A stretch of 64,000 bases of DNA from an uncultured Clostridia bacterium (GCA_934746715.1 CAKVFI010000001.1:135653-199652); one strand, 5' to 3'. Counted from the stretch's first letter, positions 19,101 through 28,619 are shown. Notes: a model not told the origin generated them from the sequence alone. Translations and numbers: made by a program.

Positions 19101-19437
19101 TAAATCCGTCTATTGTATCAATGCTGGCAGTTTGCAATTGGTCAATTTTGTCCAAAATCAAGCGTTTTTTTTCTGCTTTTTGTTGTTCGTCTGCTATATT
19201 GTCACATTCTGCAAGTTTTTGTTTTAATTTGTTTTCCAAACGCTGTTTCATTTCAGTTGCTGCAAGCACTGTGAATGTTACAACCAACAAAGATGAAATA
19301 TCTATGTTTTGCTCAATAATCAAATTGGCAATTTTTTCAATCATAACTGTTGTTTTGCCACTGCCTGCCCCCGCACTAACCAATTGATTTTTTGCTTCAC
19401 TGTTGATTATGTTTAATTGTATAGGTTCAAAATTCAT
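16144..19437 (-). CDS. addA: ATP-dependent helicase/nuclease subunit A
   Basis: Start at ATG 19437 (MNFEPIQL), overlapping the addB stop in ATGA. Walker A AGAGSGKTT, UvrD motifs, C-terminal RecB-type nuclease IVDYK. Confidence 0.9.
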   Translation of the reverse strand: MNFEPIQLNIINSEAKNQLVSAGAGSGKTTVMIEKIANLIIEQNIDISSLLVVTFTVLAATEMKQRLENKLKQKLAECDNIADEQQKAEKKRLILDKIDQLQTASIDTIDGFNSKTIKKYFYELNLNPNIEIISDTTRDYYINKAMKRAVETLSADKNKINVLLDLFGGNARNLTTLEQQIVDMYNDIINLEDYVAFLLDAKNEYLTNEKSTQIVNQFLIKKAQDLTKLLQDNYSFYPADIQQRIQSNIDELKKINNFLGLKANLIALETIDLCAFTPKQTKEFAELKNLNSEIKSFNETINQLEENGITKDYDLQSERIAEYFSYVLDLLELFMQNYEKIKTKNNLMDFNDMSRKMLELLSIDRVKNELNQRYKYIFIDEYQDVNPLQDNIMEQIAGKDTKVFTVGDVKQSIYGFRGSSPEWFLSKYNGFKQNQAIGTAFDMNINYRSNPTILKFINEIFCSLMTTHTADIDYKQSSVIEPRRDDILDEKTKILLVANENEKVVATGLYSVKNDKQTEENNPKVYQAALVLKTITELIGTEFYDANLKQNRRLTYSDIAILTRSTNDENSQILIEMLRQNAVPVNLNNKLETSTSEGVKLLLSILKCVAHTADDVDYLAAFLALTDLQFDEILALRSSENSLLDDLLLNTQNKNIALGFEKLNKIKLQSLASSNSNLVRYILNDMGVKNYLLATLFGNKELKLIEQFIASLTVENSLSLAEFVAVIETNISRGNDYLDMDKEDSVTFETIHKSKGLEYPVVILYNASKTFSYLREHDDITFNANIGLGINDYDTINRTKSLSLPKYAIKIANASKGYKEELRLLYVALTRAKNKLIITGQYSPKQLEEKLKKTSYLNMILSCYQSAIVAGKTDFDLCEFIFFDDVKNNTVSSTEVVPEIDFKNPDFVYSNDSFAIPIKNTVTGINSKQSEAQKFSTKAYLTPQVQYQVNEDKAIVGTHYHKALELLDLTQEYQQNTNFDDVDYQKIKMAHSKLSVLAKGAKSIHKETDFMMYLPYNDLVAESKVNEKVLVQGVLDMLIEFEDHFDIVDYKFSNLKADVLKQKYAEQLRLYKLAVENAYGKKVEHMYIYSINTGELI

Positions 19438-22400
19438 TGTTCGCCCCCTAAAAAGCTGTCTATGCCAACTTGCTGTGCACTGCGCTCTTGCTGTGCGTTG
19501 CTTTTTTTCAAGCATATTTGCACATATGGGCAACTTTCACACAACAAGCTGACACCACTTGGTGTTGGTTTGATGAAACCCGACTTGATTTCTTCAATTG
19601 CCAACGCTGACACTTGTTTTGAATAATCTTTTAGTGTTTGCATTTCACTTGGTTGTAATTCTTTGTCCCCAAACTTACGGGCAAGCCCAGTTTTGGCAAC
19701 TGTTAGGTTCACGATGTCGCTTTTTTCTCCCGGTTGCAAGCGATTGTCCAAATTTTTTACATTCTCTTCTGTATTTTCAAAAAAACCTTTAAGAGAATAT
19801 GTGTTTTTGTCGGTTGTGTAAGCATTGTGCAGCGGCAAATAAAACTCGCCAACAACCCTTTGTTTGCTGGCATTTTCCATTGCGCAAGCATACAAAAACA
19901 ACTGCAACTTGTTGCCGTAGTAAAGTTCTTTCAAACTTGCTTCTGCCTTGCCTGTTTTGTAGTCCACAATGCGCAAAGACGAGCCGTCGGTATCCACACG
20001 GTCAATTTTACCTTTTAATTTTGCCTTGCCCAAATTTAATGCAGTTTTGTCCTTAAACTCATATTCAAACTTAACTGGCTTAAAATTGCAATTTTTGTCG
20101 ATGTAATCAACACCATTTAAAACCCTCACCGTTTCATCAATAAGGTTGGTTAAAACTGGACTTTTTGCATTGAGTTTTAATCTTTCATCTCTTTCTATAA
20201 TCTTAAAAATCTGCGTTTTTGCAAATTCATACAAATCGCCAACTTGCTTGTTTAAAGTGTAATAATTAAACAATATTTCATGCAAAATGTTACCAGTATC
20301 AAGTGGCATGATGTCATTTTTAAGGCGTGGTTTAACTTTTAATGTGTAATTCAAAAAATGATTAAACGGACATTTAAAATATGTTTCCAACCTTGAAGCA
20401 GAAATTGTGTTAAAGTTAAAACATTCATTTGAACTGTTCACTTGTTGCAAGTTTTTTGTGTTGATAAATTGATTAAAAATGTGAGTTTTATTTTCCAAAT
20501 TTTTTTCAACATAGTCTTGTTTTGACAACGCAACAAAACCACCAAACAAATTTGAAATTGGCTTTATGTTTTGATTGTTTTGAGTCAATCTTAACAAAAA
20601 TTCTCTTATCAACTCGCTTTGAGTGCGTGAGTACAACAATGTTAAGTTTGTGTTGAACAACAAGCAACTGTTGAACAAACGCAACCTTGCCAATTTGTTT
20701 ATATGTGCAATTGTTGGCGCAAGTTTATATTTAAAATTAAGTTCTTCAATTTCGCTGTCCACAATCACGCCGCAATCGTTTTTAAAGTTTGGTGCATTTT
20801 CTGCCGAGCAACCAATTATATACAAATTTTCAAATCTTTCACAAAAATTGTTGGCGTCAACCACTTTAACTGCATCCAAAGTTAATGGCAAATTGCTGAT
20901 GTTTGTGATATCCCCCAAATGAAAAAACATATCTGCAACCGTTTCCAAACTTGCAGTTGGGTAAAACTTTTCAATTTCATCAAATATATTTTTGATTGTT
21001 TCAATGGATTTATTAAGCAAAATTTGCTTTGAAAACAACTCTTCTTTTGCTTGCAAATCTGCCAAAGTTTGCTCAAATTGCAAATTTTCAAAAGCGGTGT
21101 TTAACACTTGTTTGATTTGAGTAATTCCAGTGTTTGCCAAATTGAAGTTTGCCAAAAATTTAATCAATTCATCTCTTGCGGCATTTAAATCAACTGCTGC
21201 AAAAGCTTTGTTTTGGTCTTTGAATGTTTTGGAATTTAAATCTATCTTTTTTGTTAAATTGCCTTTAAAATCAATTTGAATTAGCCTTAAAATTAACGCT
21301 TGTTTTGCAATTTCGTCAAGCGCAAAAAATGGTGAATTGATTATGTCGATATAATGGACCAACTCATACGGCTCAAGGTTTAGGCGGAAAATATCGTTTA
21401 AAAATTTGTAAACAGTTGAATCGCTTAACCTCAAATTTCCGTCCAAATAAAAATTGATTTCATATTTGCCAAAAATTTGCTTAATTTGTTCTGTTAACCC
21501 ATCAACGCCAAAAACAGCAACACCAAAATTTGAAAATTTGCCACCATTTAAAATTTGAGTGCGAATATCGCGCGCAACTGTTTCAATTTGTTCAAAATTG
21601 TCGCGGCAAGCAAAAATTTTAACCCTGTTGTCGTTGTTGACTGTATTGCTTGCTTTTATGCCAAAAAGGTTTTGTTTTAAATAATTTTTTAATTGGTCAG
21701 CTGAATTTGAACTGTAATTTTCAACTTCAAAAGGAAGTTGATTGATGTATGCTATATTTTTAAGTTGAGTGGCAACTTCATCATTGTACAAATGTTGATT
21801 GTTTGATTTTGCAAAATAGTTTGCCACAACAAGTTGGTTGAAATATGCCAATTGTTCAATGGCAGTGTACTCCACCGCAGTAAAATCATCAAAACCAACA
21901 AAAACAAGTGTTTGATTTTGATACTTTTCCTTTAAACTAAAACAGCACATCAAAAATTGGTCAGTTATGTCAAGCAAACCTGCCTTTAGTTGCTCATATT
22001 GGTCAAAAATCATTGCCAAATCATGAATTTTGTCTTGCAATTGAGTGTTTGTGTGTTTAAATTTAAGCATTTCTTCAACTGTAATTTTGGACGCTTTAAG
22101 TTGAGCAAGAGTGCTAAAAATTTCTTCTGCATAACTGAATGAATATGTTTTGTTTTTAAGCACTTTAAGTTGTGTGCCCAAATCCATCAAAATTTTGTGC
22201 ACCAAAACAATGCACCCCAATTTGCTTATTTGTTTGGATTTGTCCAGTGCCAAATCTCTTTTAACAAGCCTATCCAACGTGCTAACTTTTATGTTGAAAC
22301 TTGCCTTTAAATTGAGTTTTTCAAAAATGTGTTTTTCCATAAACAAACTCAACTTATCTGGCACTATAATGGTTATGTTTTGAGTTAACTTGTCCGCACA

Positions 22401-22460
22401 AAAACTAGGCACAAAATCCAGTGCCTCATCAAATGAATTTAAGTTAACCAATTTTATCAT
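19434..22460 (-). CDS. addB: ATP-dependent helicase/nuclease subunit B
   Basis: C-terminal nuclease RIVDYKTGK. Fe-S cysteines CPFNHF plus CESCPYVQIC. Translationally coupled to addA. Confidence 0.88.
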   Translation of the reverse strand: MIKLVNLNSFDEALDFVPSFCADKLTQNITIIVPDKLSLFMEKHIFEKLNLKASFNIKVSTLDRLVKRDLALDKSKQISKLGCIVLVHKILMDLGTQLKVLKNKTYSFSYAEEIFSTLAQLKASKITVEEMLKFKHTNTQLQDKIHDLAMIFDQYEQLKAGLLDITDQFLMCCFSLKEKYQNQTLVFVGFDDFTAVEYTAIEQLAYFNQLVVANYFAKSNNQHLYNDEVATQLKNIAYINQLPFEVENYSSNSADQLKNYLKQNLFGIKASNTVNNDNRVKIFACRDNFEQIETVARDIRTQILNGGKFSNFGVAVFGVDGLTEQIKQIFGKYEINFYLDGNLRLSDSTVYKFLNDIFRLNLEPYELVHYIDIINSPFFALDEIAKQALILRLIQIDFKGNLTKKIDLNSKTFKDQNKAFAAVDLNAARDELIKFLANFNLANTGITQIKQVLNTAFENLQFEQTLADLQAKEELFSKQILLNKSIETIKNIFDEIEKFYPTASLETVADMFFHLGDITNISNLPLTLDAVKVVDANNFCERFENLYIIGCSAENAPNFKNDCGVIVDSEIEELNFKYKLAPTIAHINKLARLRLFNSCLLFNTNLTLLYSRTQSELIREFLLRLTQNNQNIKPISNLFGGFVALSKQDYVEKNLENKTHIFNQFINTKNLQQVNSSNECFNFNTISASRLETYFKCPFNHFLNYTLKVKPRLKNDIMPLDTGNILHEILFNYYTLNKQVGDLYEFAKTQIFKIIERDERLKLNAKSPVLTNLIDETVRVLNGVDYIDKNCNFKPVKFEYEFKDKTALNLGKAKLKGKIDRVDTDGSSLRIVDYKTGKAEASLKELYYGNKLQLFLYACAMENASKQRVVGEFYLPLHNAYTTDKNTYSLKGFFENTEENVKNLDNRLQPGEKSDIVNLTVAKTGLARKFGDKELQPSEMQTLKDYSKQVSALAIEEIKSGFIKPTPSGVSLLCESCPYVQICLKKSNAQQERSAQQVGIDSFLGGEQ

Positions 22461-22466
22461 ATGAAC

Positions 22467-22495
22467 ATATTAGCATATATTTTTTTAATTGGCAA
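22467..22495 (-). promoter_or_regulatory. Promoter abutting the addB ATG (candidate leaderless start)
   Basis: On the minus strand: TTGCCA (22495-22490), 17 nt, TAATAT (22472-22467), 6 nt (GTTCAT), then ATG at 22460. No SD. Confidence 0.45.
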
Positions 22496-22596
22496 TCTTT
22501 TTGTTTTTGCTGTTGTTTTGGTTTTTGCCAAATATTGTAAAAGCAAATTTTGCATATAATTTTTGCAATCGCACAACATACAATTGGAGGTGCTAG

Positions 22597-22761
22597 ATGT
22601 CTAAAACAAAACAATGGAAACCTGGTGAAACAGTTCCACAATCTGCATCATACACAGCGTATGACAGTGAAGGACACAATGGCGGAAGTTTGTACCTTGA
22701 AAAAGGCAAAAGATTTCCTGCCACACAACATTCAGGTAGCTATTACACTTTAGGTGAATAG
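22597..22761 (+). CDS. YjzC-like small protein (54 aa), absent from the ORF track
   Basis: GGAGG lies 7 nt before ATG 22597. MSKTKQWKPGETVPQSASYTAYDSEGHNGGSLYLEKGKRFPATQHSGSYYTLGE resembles the Bacillus YjzC pattern (KPGEKAP...GDKFP). Followed by a terminator. Confidence 0.6.
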   Translation: MSKTKQWKPGETVPQSASYTAYDSEGHNGGSLYLEKGKRFPATQHSGSYYTLGE

Positions 22762-22792
22762 TACTCTAACGAACATCAGTTCGTACTCAAAC

Positions 22793-22823
22793 AAAAAAAA
22801 CGAGCAAATAATGCTCGTTTTTT
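22793..22823. terminator. Bidirectional intrinsic terminator
   Basis: A-run, CGAGCA-aataa-TGCTCG, T-run, between convergent genes. Confidence 0.65.
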
Positions 22824-22837
22824 GAATTTTGTTGGAT

Positions 22838-24238
22838 TTAGAAAATATCTGCAATTTCAATCAATTGATAATCAGCCAATTCAGCATCTGTTGGGATTTT
22901 TGTTTCATCAAATGTTTCTGTCATTGAAACTTCAAGGTTGATATTAACATTCATAATTTCAACACCAGCAACTGATTGTTTTGCTGTTAAAACAACTTTA
23001 ATTGTGCCATCATTTGAAACAACAAGTTTCAATTCATTAACACTCATAACACTCATATTTGATGACACTTGAGAAATTGTCAGTGTTGCGCCATTGCTGT
23101 CTTTGGTTGAAGAAATTGTTGCACCAGCTTGTTGAATTTGCGCTTTAAAGCTGTCGTAATCTTTTATGCTTTGAATACCATCAATAACATCTTGAATTTG
23201 CCCCATATCAACACCTGGATTTGATGAACCACCACTCATATTTGCAAAAGTGTTTGCAATGATTTGAGTTGGAATATCTAATGTGTATTTGCCATTGATA
23301 TCATCTCCATAAATGTCTTGCGCTATCATTTCTGGCAAAGTGCTAACCATTTTGTAAAATTTGCCTGCTTCAAATGTTGGTTGGCTGTTGCTTAAATAAA
23401 CTTCACCATCAAATGTGTAATAATTGTAATATTTTGTTGACCAGTCTGCTGGTTCGGTTGTAAGCAATTCAAATTTGATGTATTGGTTTGTGTCTGCATC
23501 AAAGTATGTGTAAACAACATCACTCAATTGATAATATGTTTCTTTTTCGTCATAAACAGGATTTGTGTTTGCAACATACGCAAAATCCATCACATAATAA
23601 TTTGCATAGTTTGTGTCCCAATCTTCTGGTATGCCAAAAATTTGTGTATATGTTTCAGTTGAAGCATCATATGTGTAGTATAATTTGTAATAATTATATC
23701 TTGCAGCTGTGTTTTTAACATATTGGCTGTTTTCTGTGTCAACAAGATAGTAGTCGCCATAGTTTATTGCCCAGTCCGCTGGTGCACCATCTCCATAATA
23801 TGCAACATACATATCATCGTTTGCTTGAGTTTTTAAATATGCGCGCACCCATTGTGTCATTTCACCATCAAAGTTTTTGGTGTTAATGTACGCATAAATG
23901 TCATTTTCAGCACCGGTTCTTGCGCCTAAACCTGCCTCAAAATTCAAGTCAAACATTGTTTCCATGTTGCCTAATTGTGTGTCTGTAGCATTACTCCTTG
24001 CTTGCATATTTGCACCAAACTTAACTTTAAATTCAAATTGTTTTTGGTTTGTTGCATCATTTTTTGTTAATGCTTGCAAATTGTCCCCATAAGTTGCAGC
24101 AGTTGTGTAAAAAGAGTTAAATGTTTCCTTGTTTTGTGCTTCAATTTTGGCAGCATCATCATTGCCGCAAGCTGTCAAGCTCAAACATGCAACGCCAGCC
24201 AAGCCAAACGCCAACGCATTTTTTAAAAATTTTTTCAT
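22838..24238 (-). CDS. Lipoprotein of unknown function with a threefold PxDW-NY-YY motif
   Basis: Signal peptide and lipobox MKKFLKNALAFGLAGVACLSLTAC-G; SD GGAGGG. Motifs PADWAINYGDYY, PEDWDTNYANYY, PADWSTKYYNYY. Confidence 0.7.
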   Translation of the reverse strand: MKKFLKNALAFGLAGVACLSLTACGNDDAAKIEAQNKETFNSFYTTAATYGDNLQALTKNDATNQKQFEFKVKFGANMQARSNATDTQLGNMETMFDLNFEAGLGARTGAENDIYAYINTKNFDGEMTQWVRAYLKTQANDDMYVAYYGDGAPADWAINYGDYYLVDTENSQYVKNTAARYNYYKLYYTYDASTETYTQIFGIPEDWDTNYANYYVMDFAYVANTNPVYDEKETYYQLSDVVYTYFDADTNQYIKFELLTTEPADWSTKYYNYYTFDGEVYLSNSQPTFEAGKFYKMVSTLPEMIAQDIYGDDINGKYTLDIPTQIIANTFANMSGGSSNPGVDMGQIQDVIDGIQSIKDYDSFKAQIQQAGATISSTKDSNGATLTISQVSSNMSVMSVNELKLVVSNDGTIKVVLTAKQSVAGVEIMNVNINLEVSMTETFDETKIPTDAELADYQLIEIADIF

Positions 24239-24406
24239 AAACCCTCCAATTTTTGTTTATATTCATATGGTATATAATTTTGTTAAAATTGTCCAGTTAT
24301 TTTATTATCAAATCTTAAATTAACAAAAAAAATCATTATTCAACAATGCTCAATTTAGAGGCAAAAGTTATAATCAAAGTATTTAAAACAAAATCGTTTT
24401 AATTTG

Positions 24407-24435
24407 TTGACACACCCTTTTTGTTGTGCTATACT
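24407..24435 (+). promoter_or_regulatory. Candidate sigma-A promoter for tRNA-Ser
   Basis: TTGACA (24407-24412), 17 nt, TATACT (24430-24435), about 65 nt upstream of the tRNA. Confidence 0.5.
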
Positions 24436-24500
24436 AACAATGTTTTAACCAAATTATAATTTGATTGAAATAATTAATATTTTTATTTTATAATTCAAAT

Positions 24501-24591
24501 GGAGAGTTACTCAAGAGGTCGAAGAGGCGTCCCTGCTAAGGATGTAGGCGTCGAAAGGCGCGCGAGGGTTCAAATCCCTCACTCTCCGCCA
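24501..24591 (+). tRNA. tRNA-Ser (anticodon GCU), class II with long variable arm, CCA encoded
   Basis: Acceptor GGAGAGT/ACTCTCC, anticodon loop CTGCTAA, long variable arm, T-loop GGTTCAAATCC, 3-prime GCCA. Confidence 0.93.
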
Positions 24592-24775
24592 TAAACATTG
24601 CAAGTTCGGACTAAGTGATTTAGCCCGAATTTTTTATTTTTAAGAGTTCGTATCCCTTGTGGTCTACCAACATAAAAACAAAACAAACTCCAAAAAAAGA
24701 AGTGAACCTAATAAGTTAGACAACTTCATAATGTTCACCTCAAACTTGGGGTTTGGTTTGTTTTTTTATTAAACT

Positions 24776-27700
24776 CTACAACGGCATCTTTCTTGACCTC
24801 AACCAAATAACAAATCCGACCAGCATCACAACTGCTACCGAGCCAATTACAATACCCGCTACAGCTTTGCTCGAAAGCCCTTTTCTTTGTTTTGCAGAGG
24901 CAATTAAAAATCCGCACTTTGTACATTTTACAGGGTTGTTTTTGTCTGGCGATTTTCTGTCGGGAATATGCTCTTCAAAATTCAACTTGTTATTGCAAGT
25001 AGCACAGGTGTCCCAATGCCCCGTACTATCTTTTCCGCCGTATTTTGTTATGTTGTGTGCAACAGTTGTTCCATACTCTTTTTTGCAACCTTCGCAAACC
25101 GCTTTTGTTGTGCATGTTGCCATTCCGCCAAAACAATTTGCTGTTTGGGTGTGGCTACTATCTGTTTTGCAGGTACGGGTGTGTGTGCCGTTTCCATTGC
25201 TTATCCACTCACCCCAATCGTGTATATGATTATCAACTTGCTTTGTATAATAGTATGTTACAGTATGACCGCTATCATTTACAACTTGATTTAGCCCCTC
25301 TACCCAACTTAATGTATGTCCATAAAAGGATTGAGCAGGCTCCCAGTTTAGATTAGTTCCAACAGCCATAGGAATTACAGCTTTTGATGCGTTAGGAATT
25401 TCACTGCCGTCTTCAAACTTGTACTCTATATTAACATTTGCGTACGACTGCGTTTCGGTATTGTCGTGCGATAAAACATTTCCTTTTTCATCAGTTATTT
25501 CAAAGGCAATGGTATCGCCCACTTTTAGGTCGGCATCTGTGGGAATTTGATAAATTATTGAGCAACTTTCTAGTCCTGAATCAAAAATACTGCCCTTATA
25601 TTCCAGAGCACCCTTTGGCCAAAACTTGCTTTTTTCCTCCCATACCGGAATAGTAAACATCTGTGAGATTTCGAGTCTTTGACCGCTCATTGTAGTTGCC
25701 ACACTTCCGTTTGTCCGCTTTATCCAAACCCTCATGGTAATGTAACGAGTTGTACTATCTGAAAGATTTTGAACAATTGTGCGTAGTTCAATTTTGTTGC
25801 CAGCCATGGTTGTGTTAAATTTGGTTTTGTATGCACCGCTGAGCAATACCGTGTTGCGATAATTTACAAAATTCACATATCCGTTATATGTAGTATCCGT
25901 ATAGGCAGACAAATCTGAATATTGATCAGTGCATTTTTTTACTTCGGGGTCTGCAACATATAGACTTTTGCCATTTACAAGTTGAGACAATCTCTTGTAT
26001 CCTTGCAATTTGCATACTTCACAAAACTGGTAGTTTGTATCGCGCATAAGACACTCATAACTAGAATTGTAAGTAGTATTAGTATCCGCCGTTTTACAAG
26101 TAAAAGTTTTTCTAAATCCTAGCAACTTTTTCCACTTTACTTGCTCTGGGTTATGCGTATATGACACATTTAGCGAAGTATAGTCCGTTGTTGGTGCGGC
26201 ACTGGTCATATATTCATCGCCAAGACCTAGTAATCCGTGACCAAACTCATGTGCAAAAGTCTGCTGAGCACGATAACTATCCGATGGAGTTATAAAATAA
26301 TGAAAGCCTGATTTTAAATTATTATATGCATCTCCAAAGTTTCGACTAGTATTAACCAGCAAAGCAAACTGATTTATATAACTATGTACATAGTCAAATT
26401 GTCGGTACATTTTTTCATCGTCCCAATACATTGTGTTGGGGTCTGTATTGTTGGGGATATGAGCATCATGGATTTGCTCTATAAATGTAGGACCAATACA
26501 CCTTTCAAAAATATGGTTCTTCCAAGGATTGCCAAGATTAGTTGATATAGACGAAGAATTATTAGAACCTACAACCACATCGAAAAATGTGCTTCCGCCG
26601 TTTTCAAAACTGGACTCCGACGCCGTGCAAAGAGCATACACATTAAACCTATCTGCAAAACTGCGGTAGGGTTCGTATTGCATTGCACCGTTCCACACTT
26701 TTTTTACATCGCTTATAAATTTTTGTTGTTGACTTTTGGTGTATCCTTCGCCACAAATAACAATTACCATATTTTCTGTGTCGCTTCTTGTTTTTTGAAT
26801 GGTGTATATAGGAATTGTTGGATTCGAGTATTTGCCATCTTTAGAATAATATGGTCCAAGGGCAAGCGTTAGCTTTTTGTAGGTGCTTATGTCCCACTCT
26901 TGATTTGGGTCATCTACTGGTTCTGCAACGGTATAATCGTCCTCAACCTTATTAGGAGCAGAGCCCACATATGGACTTGCCTTAGTTCCACCACCCGAAG
27001 TTGCCACATAATAGTCTGTATCAAGATAAAAGGCAGGCCTAACTCCAATATAACTGCGCTGTGGCGACTCTCTGCCTATTGTTCCATTGTTGTGAACATA
27101 CCGCATATCGTGATTACAATCGGTTACCGGAGTTCTTAACCAATATGGCCAACTTGCACCTTGCTCATTTATTCCGACATAATAACTGCCAAAGTTTTTC
27201 CAAACGGTATTTACCTGCTTAACATCAAGCAAAAAAACCTTTTCGGTTGAATTTTCGCCATAAACACTATCATAGTTTTGGACAACATTTTGAATATCTG
27301 TATTTATTTCTAAATCTGAACGACCATCTCCATCATAAATTCCTTGCTTATATTCTGGGTGCGATACAAGCGAACGCTGGGTAATTTTTTTCATTGTGGC
27401 AATTTCCGCCTTTAAAAAGCCATTTAAAAAACCCGCTTTTTGGTCGTAAGCATTTCCGTCCACATAGTTCTCTTTTGGAGGATTGCCACATAGCCACTTT
27501 ACCTTACCTGCTACGGCAGTAGAATTTAACCACGAACGCATATTGCTATCCTTCCAATAATTAGAGCCATAGGTGTCACGCATATAATTACGACTATGAG
27601 ATTTTGAACGGCTATTGTCGCTTGTAATAGCGTCATACGGAAGCATGTCTATTATGCTGTCGGCAAGCATAAGCGTTCCACTGTCATCAATGCTTACACA

Positions 27701-27937
27701 TCTCCATACAATGTCTTTGCCATTGTATTTGCCAAGAGTTATATAGTCGCCAAGGTTTACCTGTGTTGTTGTTTTTGTAACATTTTCTGACAAAAGACCA
27801 TGAGCATTTGCAACTTTTTGGAATTTTAAATTGTTTATGTTAGCACAAAAATTTACCATTCCGGCACTAAAAAAGCTAAGAACGCACATTATGGCAATTA
27901 TTATGGTGTTATTTATTTTTTTTAAAAAACTTTTCAT
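24776..27937 (-). CDS. Secreted, membrane-anchored M64-type (IgA-peptidase-like) zinc metalloprotease with N-terminal DUF6273-like domain
   Basis: Signal peptide. WRCVSIDDSGTLML...NYWKDSNMRSWLNS and YWLRTP...GVRPAFYLD. Zinc site FAHEFGHGLLGLGDEY. Cys/His-rich module. C-terminal TM AVAGIVIGSVAVVMLVGFVIWL plus RSRK. SD GAGGT. Confidence 0.75.
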   Translation of the reverse strand: MKSFLKKINNTIIIAIMCVLSFFSAGMVNFCANINNLKFQKVANAHGLLSENVTKTTTQVNLGDYITLGKYNGKDIVWRCVSIDDSGTLMLADSIIDMLPYDAITSDNSRSKSHSRNYMRDTYGSNYWKDSNMRSWLNSTAVAGKVKWLCGNPPKENYVDGNAYDQKAGFLNGFLKAEIATMKKITQRSLVSHPEYKQGIYDGDGRSDLEINTDIQNVVQNYDSVYGENSTEKVFLLDVKQVNTVWKNFGSYYVGINEQGASWPYWLRTPVTDCNHDMRYVHNNGTIGRESPQRSYIGVRPAFYLDTDYYVATSGGGTKASPYVGSAPNKVEDDYTVAEPVDDPNQEWDISTYKKLTLALGPYYSKDGKYSNPTIPIYTIQKTRSDTENMVIVICGEGYTKSQQQKFISDVKKVWNGAMQYEPYRSFADRFNVYALCTASESSFENGGSTFFDVVVGSNNSSSISTNLGNPWKNHIFERCIGPTFIEQIHDAHIPNNTDPNTMYWDDEKMYRQFDYVHSYINQFALLVNTSRNFGDAYNNLKSGFHYFITPSDSYRAQQTFAHEFGHGLLGLGDEYMTSAAPTTDYTSLNVSYTHNPEQVKWKKLLGFRKTFTCKTADTNTTYNSSYECLMRDTNYQFCEVCKLQGYKRLSQLVNGKSLYVADPEVKKCTDQYSDLSAYTDTTYNGYVNFVNYRNTVLLSGAYKTKFNTTMAGNKIELRTIVQNLSDSTTRYITMRVWIKRTNGSVATTMSGQRLEISQMFTIPVWEEKSKFWPKGALEYKGSIFDSGLESCSIIYQIPTDADLKVGDTIAFEITDEKGNVLSHDNTETQSYANVNIEYKFEDGSEIPNASKAVIPMAVGTNLNWEPAQSFYGHTLSWVEGLNQVVNDSGHTVTYYYTKQVDNHIHDWGEWISNGNGTHTRTCKTDSSHTQTANCFGGMATCTTKAVCEGCKKEYGTTVAHNITKYGGKDSTGHWDTCATCNNKLNFEEHIPDRKSPDKNNPVKCTKCGFLIASAKQRKGLSSKAVAGIVIGSVAVVMLVGFVIWLRSRKMPL

Positions 27938-28619
27938 TAATTTTACCTCATTTTTGCTTTTTACTTGTGTCCATTTTATAAATAATTTTTAATCACAAAA
28001 CGGCTTTGGGGTTGCATTTTTGCGTCTTGCAAAAGCAAAATTGTGCCACCAACAGAGTGCCGAATGTAATTATGAGTTTTGTTGAATTAATCCAAAATAT
28101 GACAAATTTTTGGCTAATTTTAGGTGGCTTTTTATATAATCAATTTGGCTACCTTTTCTATATTTTGCAAATTTTTATAGATCTTAATATTAGGATGTTT
28201 AATCTTTTTTATGTTACTATTTTTGTCTTTTATATGTTAGCATATTGTTAGCAAAAAAATCAAACGGTTTGCCAGACCTAAGTGTGAAATCTTAAACCAA
28301 AGAATTTTTGCAATCAATGGCAATATCTTCTATATCCGCTATTTAGGAGCAGTCCTAACCTTGTGGTCGGGTTGCTCTTTTTTCTTGCTTATTTTCAAGA
28401 TTTGGTTCAGTTTTATAAATTATGGTGCTTACATTTCTATCATCATTATGTGGTAAAATGCCAGTTTTATGTAATTTATTAGCCAATTTTAGACTAGAGA
28501 GCAAATAATTACAGCCCTATCATGAGAGAAAAAATAAAGAAAATTAAGATGCATTTTCTACCAACCAAAACTTTTGTTTATAATGATTATTAAATTTTTG
28601 TAAAATAAATTGATTGGAT

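Noticed and set aside
28006-28251. 81-aa plus-strand ORF after the M64 gene.
   Set aside because: It has no SD and an extremely Phe/Ile/Leu/Tyr-rich composition, and it lies in the degraded AT-rich spacer of the islet. It is likely non-coding.
24655-28368. The 10-nt match CCTTGTGGTC at 24655-24664 and 28359-28368, considered as possible att-like direct repeats bounding the M64 islet.
   Set aside because: It is too short to exclude chance in 64 kb. It does not overlap the tRNA, and the recombinase-like fragment lies outside the interval it would define.
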